Shown here piece by piece: positions 1 through 13,230 of a DNA stretch of 64,000 nucleotides. The translations under genes and the position numbers were made by a program. Origin of the DNA: Takakia lepidozioides. Its lineage: Eukaryota > Plantae > Bryophyta. The notes beneath the pieces were generated by a model. The model had not been told where the DNA came from. It searched no databases and worked only from the letters and a program-made list of their open reading frames with translations. Every line of letters starts with the position of its first letter. The stretch's first letter is position 1. The stretch lies in contig CM060732.1 of NCBI GenBank assembly GCA_030704615.1, forward strand, positions 40,548,001 through 40,612,000, given 5' to 3'.

Positions 1-1278
1 CAGATTCCAAGTACAATGAGACCTGAGAATTACCGACTTGGTGTAGGGACGACTACGATGTTTATCACAAGTGGTTACAACTTAGAAATTCAACTTCCAT
101 CCCGACACAATGTAGCTAGCCTCTCTTGTCCCTCTTAATCTTCCTACAGGTCTCGCCCCATTTTGTACCTTATACATAGAGAGTCCATTGCCGAAGATGA
201 AATCAATTGAACCTTCAATAAGGCATTCTTTGAAGTAGTGGCGGCCCCTATCATCGTAGAGAGTGTCTTGGGCCCCGTAGAACCCACATCCATAAAAGGC
301 TGCACAGTCACCTGTGATTCGCACTGCTACAGCCTGCTGTTGGTAAGCCCCAGCTGCTGGAGACGGCGCTGTATTCTGTACACAATCACATTGTAGCAGA
401 TGGCATTGGCGCTGTTAGCTCTGGAAAACAACTGAGCCAACTTGCCAGAAGTGACAACGATATACAAATACGGAAACGGTCAAACATCTCCCAAAAGCAG
501 TCTATAGAGAAGTCTATCTTGCAAAATCAATGCTTACCCTGAAGCTAATATTCCTGGCAGTGAAGAACGGGGCGCTTATGCCAACAGTCGAACTTGTGTA
601 GGTAGTTCCAGTACCCACTGCACTCTCCCCATAAGTAATTGAGGTGACATCGCGACCAGCTCCTTGCAATGTGATGAAAAACTTCGACTTGGGGATAATA
701 ATTTTCTCCCTGCAGACAGTGTCACTCAAGTTCAATCGCTGCTGTAGACAGCATTGACGCAGAGGAAATTACACTCCCCAAAAGATCCGTGTACTATCGA
801 TAAGAGATCGGCTAGGACTCAACTACGTCACCTGAAACACATTAGGCCCTCTCCCTCTTGAACACGCAACCACAAAAATGAAAGATGCTTCCCGCTAGAT
901 GAGGAGGTCTTACACGTAGGTGCCCGCATGCACTTGGATAGTAACTCGCTGTTTGTTGTGCAATGGCACTGCGTTCAGAGCATCCGTCACGGTCCTGTAG
1001 TCCCCAGCACCGCCTTGGTCCACTACGATTACTCTTGCAGCACCATCAAGTTTACTACGTTTTAAAGCGGGAGATTTCTGATCAGGCTTCTCCGGAGAGC
1101 TCACGAGGGCAGCATGCTTGGCACCGACTTTAGCTACCCAGCTCTTAAAATCGGATTGTGAGCTGGAGACCTCGCCCTTACCATCTGACTCTTTTGACTC
1201 GACGAAGTGCGACGACAGAAATACAAGGCAAAGTCCAATGAGAACAGCAAGCATATGAGAGTTCCACATACTCCCCAT
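1..1278 (-). CDS. Pectin methylesterase (group 1, no PMEI domain), 3'-partial; exons 1278-914, 709-538, 375-169, the rest beyond the window edge
   Basis: Signal peptide, then [21 protein letters not shown]...IQVHAGTYV|[54 protein letters not shown] (catalytic QDTL and DFIFG motifs). GT-AG boundaries join in frame. Confidence 0.93.
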
Positions 1279-3232
1279 TTGCTTCGCTGCAGGGAACTTT
1301 TTGGAACGCTATTTGATTGTACGGGGTTCTCTGCCTCTCTCTCTCCCCTCTTCCCCGTTTCACTCCCTAATCTCTCAAGCTGACTTATTCACAGGCTCAT
1401 CTCCCAATGTCAACACTCCCAAGTCTACAACTCGCATACAGACAACCCACTCACTCACCCTCCCAAACTGTTTCCACCTCCAGAACTCCCACCCTCTTCC
1501 TCCAGGAATAGCTTGTGATAGCTTGGGAGAGCGGGCAGTGATTATAAAGGACAGCAGCGCCTGCGGGGGGTACCTCGCTCTATCCGACAGCCCTCTATGG
1601 CACAACCGCTGGCATGACTGCGTTTGCGCCACCTTTTTAATATCTCTTCATCAATTATTAGTTAGCAGATCACACTTACAATCTGCTGTTCTTTTCCGCC
1701 GACTCAGAGATCCTGGCAGGGTTTAAGATGTGGGTTTAGCATGGATTTAGGCTGGGTATAAGAATATTGTTCACATTATGCGTGCCATCTTGACCAGGAC
1801 CTCCTTGCAAGCAAACCTTCCTGAGCTCCACCTCCGTGCTGACTATTGCATTTCCGTGCACCTTCCCCATGAGCAGCTGTTTTTTGTTTGATAGTGGGTG
1901 GAACCCACAACAAGTACCTACAGTATCAGTCTGCAGATTACGCAGCCACACTTTATTACACAGTATCACTGCAGCGTATCTCACTAAAAGCTACTCTCAC
2001 TGTATTCTTCTCTCCACCCAACTCCCTTGGGCTTTTCAATTCTGCACTATTCCTTACAGTACTGTTTCACTGCCAGTGTTTCTTGACACAATTACTACTG
2101 TGGTTCAGTACACTACAGCCCCAATCTACCGGCCATCATCATGCGTGGACAAAGACACAATCCAGGAGAATCCGATTGACTAATGTTTAAGGACTTCTGG
2201 TCTTTCCTTCTGGAACTCATCAGACTGGGGAAACAAAACAAAAACAAAACAAAAAAAGAAAAAAAACAACCTTGCAAAAGGCCATAAAGCGCTTTCTAAA
2301 GCAACTTCCATGAGCTCCACTCCTGATTGCGGACAAATAATAACAGGATGTGCGCTTACGACCGGCCTCTCCATTGAAGAATATATGGGTTCTTAGGGGG
2401 GTATGTTTGGGTACGAGTGGTCGGATATATACACTTATGCAAAATTACGTACACCCTTAGGTTGGAAACCATGCCTCCATAATCAAGAAATAAAAGAAAC
2501 GGAACTTATCTTTGATCGGGAGTGCTCCGATGTACACTACTGCTATGTGAAATTATGTACAATCTTAGGTTGTTACTAATTGAAAACCATGTTTTTATAA
2601 TCATGTAAAGAGAAACGGAACTTATCCTCGTGCTTGCGTCCGGACCCTTTGTGAAAATGTGAACTCCGAGTTTTCGCCGCGTTCCGGGAAATTTCTTTAG
2701 TCATAGTCTGAGAGGGATGATGAAGGGCGGAGTGGGAGGCTATCCATCCGGGCAAGAGGACATGTTGGCAAAGGGGCAAGTGTGGGGCCCTTTGCACGTG
2801 GGCTCCTGTTGGAGTGAGCTGGCCTGCTGCTTCTGGCACTGGTCACACCCATCACTTTGCAGTTAAGTACTTAGAAAAAAAGCTTTGCAGAAATTTTGGG
2901 TGATGGAGCTCATGCCATGTAACCCTTGCTAGTGTCCATGGCATGCCTGCATTTCAACTAACATATCTTTTTTGCAGATCTCATTAGAGGGGGAGGGTCA
3001 CATAAGTTTAGAAATTGTTCATTGGGTCATACAGTTTCTGAGATTGTAAATGGTACGATCCAGTATTGCACTGGAAAGCCAACATCCAGATATCAAGCAG
3101 CGATTTTCAGGAACACGGTTAGATGCATACTGGCGGTTCCGAAAATGTTAAAAAAAGATTCTATACAGGTGGTAATACCGGTTGATATAGCCGGCCAAAC
3201 AAGCAAAATAATGACATCTCCAAAGAAAGCAT

Positions 3233-3372
3233 AAATTATGGTGTCTCTTCATCCCAAGGACTAACTAGGGACTACTGCCTTCCATTGGGAGGCAACTAGA
3301 CATTTTCAGCCCTAGATCACCTAGGTTATGCATAAGCAAGGCACAAACTCAAAACCACGGGGCTACTTGCTC
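3233..3372 (-). mobile_element. tRNA-derived SINE, degenerate copy A
   Basis: Minus strand begins GAGCAAGTAGCCCCGTGGTT..TTTGTGCCTTGC, matching the head of the 4091-4249 copy. Its body (GGTGATCTAGGG..CCAATGGAAGGCA..CCTTGGG) matches 11761-11885. Confidence 0.6.
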
Positions 3373-4090
3373 TAGTGCTAGGCCACCTGTCCCAAAATTG
3401 ATTAGGGCTGCGCTTTGCTCCGAACTACTAGTGAGGACTTCTTCTGAGAACAATGTTTAAGTCTTACACAAACTTCAACATTTATTGGCTCTTTTTATAG
3501 AAGAGAGGCTATGCAGCATGTTGAAGTCAATGTTGTCAAACCTTACATCCTATCAAGGCTCCAATTGGTGTGTTGTGCTTAGCCATGACCTTTAGTCTCA
3601 CCTCCCCCTTATGCCAAAGCAAGAGATGGTATAGCAAGAGATAGTATGGCCGTTTGAGGATTGTTTCAATTTGATTGGAAATATATTTTATGCGAAACAT
3701 CATAGGAATAATATAAAAACTTAATGTATGTGCGTGATGTGATGGTATTTTTCCACATTAAGACAACATTGGCTCCTTAAAGCTTTGTTGAGGAAAAGCG
3801 GGATTGGATCAATCAGTATTTATCCTTCCATGTTGCCCCCCGTTGTGGCCGTTTTATTTTCCAAACGGAAGAAAGTAACCCTACACGGTAAAGTGACACC
3901 ATAAAATTTAAATTACGTGTGCTTCAACAATAATTTTATTTTCTTATTTCCTTCTTACATGGTAGAACATTTCTAAATAAAAACTGCAACAGATCTTCAA
4001 AAAATTACACATCAATAAAAAAAATTAAGTTAAATAATACTATTAAAATCGGAATATATTCAATCAATTAATGGTACTATTTTTATTATT

Positions 4091-4249
4091 AGATAAGATA
4101 AAGATAAAGTTTCTTTAACGTCCATCACATACTACTCAACACACATGCCATCGAGGGCCCAATGGATGGTTTGAAGGCACATGTTGAAGGATTGAACCCA
4201 GGATCACCTAATGCAAGGCACAAACATCCAACTACTAGGCTACCTGCTC
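4091..4249 (-). mobile_element. tRNA-derived SINE, copy B
   Basis: Minus strand has an A-box-like TAGCCTAGTAG, a B-box GGTTCAATCC and a (TTTATC)n tail. Confidence 0.7.
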
Positions 4250-5426
4250 AAGTGAGATAATAGGCTCTGGCTAGATTTGATGTAACTAAGAACCACTGCA
4301 TTTTACGGCCACTGCTTAAGAAAAATTGTAAATCGAAATCTGCACATGTAAACTTAAAATATCTAAATATAAAGAATAAATAGAAGTACATAGATCTAGT
4401 ATTTATCGTAAAGTTTGTTGATTGTGTATGTACCAGTGTTGTACTGGTATATCCCTTTGCGCCTGGGTATGTGGAGTGGTATGAGTAAGGGTAGAAGAAT
4501 ATTTAAAACCCTTGAGGAAAAGCCCATGTGCGTAGGCTTATAAAATTTCCATACACGTTCTTGAGTGGCTTTGAAGCTCAATGTTGCGACTCAACTAAAA
4601 CATGAAAGGAGTTCATTGTAAAATACAATATCCACATGAAATCCATCAAAATCAACAAACAGACTAGGGCTCTCCTGATACATGTGAAAATCACCCAAAG
4701 AGCAGTCTGAATTAGGCGAAGGTTTTGTTTTTTGGGACATACATAACTCGTAAGATTTCACGTACACGTGAGTTATCATATGCAATGGGGTTATGACATA
4801 TGAATCGATGTCAAAAAATTGTTGTTTTGCATATTTCATCACGACCTTCTTCCTCAGACACCTTCAGAAAGCCAAAATTTCGAAACAGATGATGATTTAT
4901 CCGACTCTGCAGACGCCCATCAACTTTCATCTTCCTAAGGTCGTGGTCCCCAAGGCAGGACCTATAGTCGAAGAATTAAAGCTTCATAGAAAATTGGGAA
5001 GAAATGGCTTATGCACTTCAATCCAGAAGGTATGTCATCTACTAATTTTATGAAATATGTTGCTTGTGAGGATTCGTATCAATTCGCCATGGGGTCGTGA
5101 AACAAGATGTAAGAGGGAGAATGCTAGAACATGCTTCAACTACCCCAAACTAGTATTTTGTGGATATTCTAACCATAAAAGTTTCACTTTCACTCTTTTT
5201 TACTCCAGAGAAGGATCTAGAGTAAAAGATGCAACGCATCATTGCAATGTTTTAAACGGTCATGAGAATGCTTCTCACATTTCACATTCTGTTGGATCGA
5301 ACATTCTTGGGTAAAAAATATCCTTGGTACTTCTTCTAGCATGAGGCTGGATACTTTTTGAAATGAACTAATTTAGTTGTGAGGCAGCAGTTCTAATTAG
5401 ATATTTTTCTGTTTTTGGTTTCACAG

Positions 5427-5593
5427 GGTGAATTGCTAGCGATAGCACGAAGGGGGTTGCTATGCAACGAGCTCCTTTTTGGTTTGGCCGACAATTCTTG
5501 GGAGATTCTCGATGTGTCAGGCTGAGACGCGACTGATGCTAGCTTAATTGTGGCAGCACAGACGTGCCCACGCTTGCAAGATATCGACATAAG
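5427..5593 (+). pseudogene. Orphan exon of an RNI-like/AMN1-like LRR protein gene
   Basis: TTTCACAG|GELLAIARRGLLCNELLFGLADNSWEILDVSG*DATDASLIVAAQTCPRLQDIDI|GT. It resembles the plant RNI-like motif AIARRR.LL.D..I..LADSSWEILDVSGSDVT (recalled). In-frame TGA at 5523-5525. Confidence 0.7.
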
Positions 5594-8285
5594 GTGTGTG
5601 AATTTTTAAAATTTTCTTATCCTAAACCTGCTTCATTCAAGATGGCGTTATACAACAGTGGTGGAGAGTGGAATGGTGAGTATGTCTCATATGCTCGTAC
5701 TTCACCAGATCCATCTCCAACCTTGTTGAGTGGTTACCGAGATGTAACTACAGTGAACTTTACAAAATGTAGCTTCTTTTGGAGAGACATGCATAGATGT
5801 GGTGAAGAGTTTGAGTGATGGAGTAGGATGCCCATACGTGGCATTTTGTGGTGTTTCTCCAATGTCATGGCGACGGTTTAGGCAGCTAGGAATTTTTCCT
5901 TCAAAAATGAAGATTCTTAACGAGCTTTCTACAAAATAGAGCTTTCTATGTAAGCAACTCTGCCAAACATGCTTTTGAGCATCCACTTCATCAACATGTG
6001 ATACCGTGGATTTTTTGGTCTTCAGAGTTTCACTCCAAATACTCCACGGTGATAGAGCGCCACCTAGTTCAGATATTCCATTTCAAATTAGGTGGTTGAA
6101 ATATCAGATTAAGTGGTTTGAACTTCCTTATAGTAGTTGGTTGGAGTTCTGTCGCAGTAACTTGTATGACAAGTTTCTTCACAAGGATGTGAATATGTAT
6201 GATAAAAATATAAATAAAAGTAGGTATGACATTATCACAGCTCCCACTTGTGTCATTTGGTTGATTCATTCACGCTTCTTCGAGAGGTTTTCCAACTCAA
6301 GGTCCCTTCGCATGCTCTTCTTTTACTCACTTATGCAAGGTACAACCAAGCATTAATCAAAACCTCAAGACCAATGTAGTTCAATAAGTAGCATAAACAA
6401 TTCCAATAATTTATGCCCTCCTTACAATCCCGCACTACAATCTCAATAAATCATAAAGCCTATTGCGACAGTACAGAGCACCACAACTCTAATTGGTCTC
6501 CTTGCAAAAGCTGAGCGTTGCAGAAATGTGTCTGTAGGATGTCAACAAATATGTGAGCATCATTAGGTGTAGTACATTGAATCAAGGTGTCAAAAATTGC
6601 TCCAGGAGGTCTTGTAGGGTCATCCATATGGAAAAATAATTATCCCTGACTTTTGGGTACATATTGTCTTAGATGGGATCGAAGACGACTCGCTCATGTT
6701 TTCTAACGATATACAAAAGCAATGGAATACATCGTGAAGTATCACGACAATCCCCATTTGTTTAAATAGAGAGAATGTAATGAATTTGCAACATGGGTAC
6801 AATAGAAGATACATTTGTTGGTACATCTTCACAATCCCAACTTCTCCAAGTTTTTGTCGTTCATTTCTTTCTTGCAAAACGATCTCTCATGGATTGCTCT
6901 CGAGATATGGATGGTGATTTATGGATTTTAGACAAAAAAATGAGAGAGGTGGTTGCGCAAGTACCCGGTGATCAATGATATCCTCGATCCGCCAATGATT
7001 GCAATAGAATTGGTCCAGCCTACCGATATAACATTGTTGGTTTCATCAAGACCAGCATATATCCTCGTGTTTTTCTCCAATCATGTGATTTCTGATGCAC
7101 GACGAATTCCAACACTTGCAATGTCATAGTTATGACGACGCTCAATGTAGTTTGATAATTGTAACTCCTTCGTCAGTGATGATGATTCGGAGACTCATAT
7201 CCACTGTTTGCTCAAACAAATTTTCAGACTTATCACCAGCAAACTTCGAAATACGATCGTCTAAAAACACGATTGCAGTATGGATTCACTACACATTTCA
7301 AGGGAGTTGATGAAATAATGAAAGTTTCCCCTAAACGACATTGCGACCCGCATCATTTTTCATCCATGCCGTAACTTCCATGGATGAAGTTGGATGAACA
7401 TGCGGTCTCCATCAAAAATTGTAGCTTCTGCCCCACTTCTGCGTATTAATATGGATGCTTTCATCCATGTCATTCGAAAATTGTTTGATGTTCAAGTCAA
7501 TGATAAGACAATTGTTGAGGGACAATGAGTAGTCCCTAGGATTACATCCTTGTTCTTTTAGCTACCCCTTTGCAATCCAACTCTCAGGAATTTGTTGTAC
7601 ATGTACAACAATGACAATGACTTCAAATACGCGGGGAATCAATCCAAGATACATGGGAGACAGTTGGGGACATTGGACGCCCCAAAAAGCATCCCAATGT
7701 CGTGGAGCGTAAAGCATTCCACCTGCGGATAGACAAAAACAAGCGGAAACATGACCCAGATTACAGAATTCAACATAATTACAACCGAGAAAAGACTGAT
7801 GCCCTCAAGGCAGCAATTGCTTCTAGAACAACTTGGGAAGTAAGTTCTATAATTTTTCTTTCTTTGAGCACCCAAACCTGAATGGATTCTAGAGATTTAG
7901 CATGGCTGATCTTCGAGAATTTTGAATTTTTATTAAGTATAAAGTGAACAAAATAAAACAAAACCATTCAATAAAAAATTAACTATCAAATTTTGTAGTG
8001 ACACCTTCTCACTCGGCCTTGCACGATCCACTATATCGAATTTCTATTTTACTACGATGGATAGCTAGCCTAATTCATTGCCTGCATCTCCCAGAAGTCT
8101 TGCCGTATGTGTAAGATCTTTTCTTTCTTTAGCTCATTTTTTTCAGAGCCCATAGAAGCGTAAGGAGAACATGTTCAACATCAGAAAAACACGAGTACAT
8201 CTAACTGTTTTTGTTAACACAACATGAGTACTAGAGTACTGAATTTTGTGGACAAATTGTAGCCGGAAAAAAAAACTGGCACGCA

Positions 8286-9125
8286 TTGGGTGGAAAGAGC
8301 CAATGCAACATATACACACATTGGGAGCTTATAAAAGCTCATGTTTGGCATATTAACATAACGCCTGAAGTGAGAGATAAAAAATTTCTGCGGAATTGTA
8401 GAATGATGTTTCAGGCTTTGAACCATTTGGTTGATGAGATCACTTTTTTTGTGAAGTCTCGTGCACTGAATTTTGTGAGACCACAATTAGAGATTAGAAA
8501 AATTGTGGCAATTATTTTGTACATATTTGCCCATGGTATTTCGTTAGACATAATGACAGATCAATTTAATATTGGTGCATCAACCATACGCAAGTATATT
8601 GACATTGTTTGTGATGAGCTTACCACGTCTAAATGTTTGTTCAGCAAATATATTAGCATACCGTCAGAATAACGATAAATTGATAAAAATTATCAATACT
8701 TTCAATAAATTATAGGATTGCTAAACATTGTGGGTGCAATCTTTAATAGAAACCAAATCAAAGGGGGATCTTAGGTTTGCATGTGGACTTTTACAACCGG
8801 AAAAAAATCAATAACATTGTTCTACAAGTAGTATGTGATGCAAACAATGTATTTTGGATTGTCTGTGCCAACCATCCCGGGGGCTGTGTAGATGGAGGTT
8901 AGTTTAAGTTGTCGCGGTTGTATATAGAATTAAAAGATCGTATACTTTTATAAGAACCTATGGTTATAGTTCGTCAAATGATGTTGGATTGACGATTTCA
9001 CTTACTTGATCGGAGATCCACACGTATTTGATGAAGAACTTTAAGCCATGCACCCCTGACAATAGGCATTCTGATTTTAGTATGGACAATGGTAGAGTTG
9101 TCATTGAAAATGCTTTTGGGTGTTG
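8286..9125 (+). mobile_element. PIF/Harbinger DDE transposase pseudogene (HARBI1/ALP1-like)
   Basis: HTH region KIVAIILYIFAHG..QFNIGASTIRKY, then GLLNIVGAI (the following DG is lost), FYNRKK..IVLQVVCD..FW.VCANHPGG.VDGG and GRVVIENAFG. Contains stops and frameshifts. Confidence 0.88.
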
Positions 9126-9399
9126 TATAACTAATGTTAGCTTAAAGACAATTTGGTAGGTTTCGGTGCAACAAGATTGTCTACTTTGAGAAAAGTTAAA
9201 GTTACAGAAGTGGAAGATGAAAGAATGAGAGAAAAATTGTTTGAGCAACCGTTGATTGGAAATCCACAATAATAAATTGAAATATAGATTTCGCGTAATT
9301 TGTGCATAAGTAGTGTCGGGGACACCATATGCAACAAATCATGTCTCTTGCACATCATCAAGCCCAATGACTTAGGGATAAAATTGCAATGTGCTCCTT

Positions 9400-9760
9400 G
9401 ATCAAGTATATATGCCTCTCGGAATTCTTGTGAGTACATTCGTTGTTTTTCCCAAAATCATGTCAAATTTCTCATATCATGGCCAGTTAAATGGAGGAAC
9501 ATCAATTGCTGAACATTTCCTCTTTTCCACTCGATATATGTCTTCGAGCTTGTTCACCTTGTCACGACAATGCTTCACAAACGAAGTGGTGCATTAAGAA
9601 CCCATGCATTGAGCTTTTCTACAATGTGAACCCAGTCTTTTCTCCTTATAGGTCCACGCCTATGATCCCAATAATTCTCCTCCTAAAGATCTAGCAGCAA
9701 TAAGGTTGTGTCATTTGTCCAAACTCGAGCGTTTTCTTCACATTTGCAAGAAGTGGTGGC
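9400..9760 (-). mobile_element. Myb/SANT-like (trihelix) DNA-binding ORF of the same Harbinger element, pseudogenised
   Basis: Minus strand: VWTNDTTLLLLDL*EENYW..RRKDWVHIVEKLN, then after a frameshift KHCRDKVNKLEDIYRVEKRK..NWP*YEKFDMILG. Convergent with the transposase. Confidence 0.75.
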
Positions 9761-11760
9761 ATTCTCGTCCCAACAATTATATGCAAATAATTGCCACAGC
9801 TTGACCCATCACTTTCAAGACATTCTAGCAACAAATCCATCAAAGATTATCTTTCCATATTTTTCTTAAGGGTTACTGTGTGTTATGGGCAAAATTACGT
9901 CAATTTTTCATTATTCTAGTTTATCAAGCTTTTACACTCCACGGTTGAACGAGGGTGAGAAGCAAACCACCATGGTCTGTGCGCTGACAAGTGGCATGTT
10001 TTTTGGCTCATCAGCTGTTTTTTGCCTCCATGTGCGCAAGCATGGGGTGTTTTCTAGCATGATAACTACACAAAGACTACTGCCAACACCCAATTCATTA
10101 TCTCCAGATTTTTGTTGGCTGTGAGTGAGCACCTCACAATATTTGGTTGAGTTCCGCACCCTAATAGTCAAAACCTCACAACTAGCTCCAATCATTCATC
10201 CATTGGTTAATATTTCATCCATTCATCTTAATCCCTAAAGACAGAGCACCTTTTTGGTGGGCCCGTTACAAAAGGTGCATACCCTCATGTTTGCATACCC
10301 TTATGATATAAGTGTTTATCCACCATCATCCATAAGGCCGACGAACGTTATATTTTCTTGTGTGCATATTTACTACTTCCCGCATACTATGAAAAGTGCA
10401 GGCAATTTGACATTGCATTCATGATATCATAATAAGCTAAGGTGCCAATATTTAGATGTACTTCAAAATTGCATGTAAAAGCTGGTTTGACCAGAAAATT
10501 CAACTCAAGAATTCCACAATCTAATTATGTGGTACCTAAATGAATGTCTCATTATGACTTTGAGCCCTAGATGTTATTTACAGGATCGCCCATTTGGCCT
10601 ACAAATCAACTGTGCTTTTCCAGCCCCGGCCCTTTGGAAAACTATAGAGAGCGGAGCTTAACTATTTTAGGATGCTCTAAATTTCCACATATGCTCCTCC
10701 CTAAGGTGCACTGGTTACTTTCAGGGTTCACTTCCATCCATTGTCATTCAAACTACATATGGATGAAATCTGAAACGGGATGAAATCTCAAAACTTTCCC
10801 AGATTTAGAGATGCCTGTCCCAAGTCCAGCCCAAGGCCGAAATCCCATCTTGGATTTGGGACTTGTCCAGTGTCCCATAAATATTGGGACAGAATCCCTT
10901 AATCTGCAATTAGAGCCCTCATGCCCAGGCAAATACATGGAATCTGTCCATGCCAGAGTTCTTGTGTGTATTGTAAGAAAAGAGGTACTTACTGCTTACG
11001 TACTAGGGAATTGCCCTGGCTCTGCCCAGTGAGCTGCCTGCCCAAAAAGTGGCGAGCCCGGCAGGCCAGACATTTTTTTTGAGGCGTGCAGCCCGGCCCA
11101 CTCCGTTGCCAAAAAGGCCAATATCTGCCCGCGGAAAAAGGTGACAACCAGTAGTGCTCACAACTCTGTCAAGTCTGGTGGGTCAGATCTGCATGTGAAC
11201 CAAAGCAACACATGTACCCTTAAGTACATGTATGTCTGTGAAGTGACCTCAAACTATCCTTTTTTTTTTTCCTTAAGGGAAACACCTGGGAGCTGGGAGC
11301 GACAAAACACCTTTCAAACTCACCACCTCCTTTTCACACACCATACATTTTACAGCTAACCTGTCACATCCTTCACTGCTCCAGTCCTCAACAAGCGGAA
11401 GATTGAAAGTGACCAGCTGCCCACTGTGTGACTGTCCCCTGCTGAAAGGGAACAGTACCCGCAAGGGGAAGGGGCTCTTATTTACGCTAGCTCTCCGGTT
11501 AGCCTGTCATAATTATGTATATACCATAGTACCTTGGCAAGATGGACAGTCATCTGTCGAATATTTATTTGATTTTGAGAATTCCATTTTGACATATAGA
11601 ATATTCTCAAAGATGCTTTATTATCATTCACAAAATTATTCAATTTTCAAAATAAATTTCCAAACTTTTCAAAATCTTTGAAATATTTTTTTTTTTTCTC
11701 AAAATTGCCCATGTACTATGGTATATATAAGAAGTGGATCATGCAGACCAATCAACTCTA

Positions 11761-11885
11761 TAGATAAAGATAAAGATAGAAAGAAAGAAAGAAAGAGGAC
11801 TCCTTATAGTGTCGCGCCATCCCCAAGGATTGCCTTCCATTGGAAGGAGGACACTTTGAACCCTAGATCACCTGGGCTATATATA
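11761..11885 (-). mobile_element. tRNA-derived SINE, copy C (5'-truncated)
   Basis: B-box-like GGTTCAAA, body shared with 3233-3372, and a (TTTC)n(TTTATC)n tail. Confidence 0.55.
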
Positions 11886-13230
11886 AGTTAGCAAATATAT
11901 TACATATTATTATAGTTTTGTCCATGGGCCGATATATTGGCGCATGCCACATGGGCATAAGTGGTAAGCTGATGGTGAGGGTAGGTGTGAGGTGCAATGT
12001 TCGATTCTCGATGGACAGTTGTGTTGGAAAAGTTGTTGTTTTTAGAGTATATTTAGAGTCTAGTTCAGGGGTTTCCCAGGCCCATAAATGCTTATTTTTC
12101 CACTTTCTTAGTGCATTATGGGGCTCTATATCCCTTTCCTAGTTCCTAACTTCCTCAGAACACCATTTAAAGGCTTTCTTTTAACTATAAAATATATGAA
12201 AGGGGCTGAGGCACTCAAACATTATATTATTATCATTTTTATTTTAATTTAAAAGGGGAAAACATTATTGAAAGGGGAGGGCTTTTCTAGATGGAAAATA
12301 TAGGGAAGAAATACAAAATAACTAATGTCATAATGTAGGCCCTCTAGGAGATTATGAAATATAAATACCATACTTGCCTAGGCTGTCCGAGGATAATTAA
12401 ACCGAAAAACGGGCCTCTGTTCCCTTTATTCACAGAAAAACAAAATTAATTAACGGGTATTATAATGAATTTTATAATTACATTTGATCAAACTGCCACT
12501 AATGCATTGATAATTTGGCTTATGACCTGGCAGCAAGTTCTCAGTAGTCTTATTCACAAGTATGGAGTTCAATAGGCTTTGGCTCTGCCTTCTGGCATTT
12601 ATGGGGTTTTATTTTTTCTCTCTATCTATAAAAATGGTTTTTTCCATAAAGATAAAAACAATATTCAAAAGAAGAAGCATGAAAAATTTATTTGGTCCAA
12701 TTTCCAGTTCTCCACTGCCACCCCCTTTTCATAAAAACACAAAAAATAAAAACAAAATAAAAAATAAAATTGTGATTCCCAAGAGTCACGGTCAGTCCAC
12801 TGCAACCCTAAACGTCAAGTAGAGTTTGGAGAGATTGCAAAAAGTTGGTTATTGTACCAAGAGACAAGTTGGTGGACGGTCTCTCTCCTCTTATTTTGGT
12901 GATCTCAGTCGTCATGCTGTCTCTCTCCAACTAACCTCTGCACTCTCTCGGACCAACCAAAGACATGTACTTGGATCTCTTCGTGTGGGTATTGAATGGA
13001 AACCCTGTTGGAGAACCTAGACAGCCAGCATCCTCAAATACCCACCTCCGTCACAGATCATGGAAGCAATTTGCAAGCAGAATGAGATGATATGAAGTAG
13101 ATTGCAATTCATTAGATCAGTTCTCGAGCCGCACAAATTTGTTGTCACAAAGATTCTTCAAGATCATTGCAAAGCTCAGACTTGTGGCATCACTGAAGTC
13201 TGCGCGTTGTTGTAAGACGCGTCCTTCTCC

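Noticed and set aside
6940-7030. Chromodomain-like peptide WRIEDIIDHRV on the minus strand
   Set aside because: The downstream YLVKW-type motif is absent and the frame is stop-ridden; too short to support.
10700-11160. hAT-like remnants (TGTCCC/GGGAC and GCCCGGC sub-repeats)
   Set aside because: Paired TIRs and a TSD could not be identified by eye.
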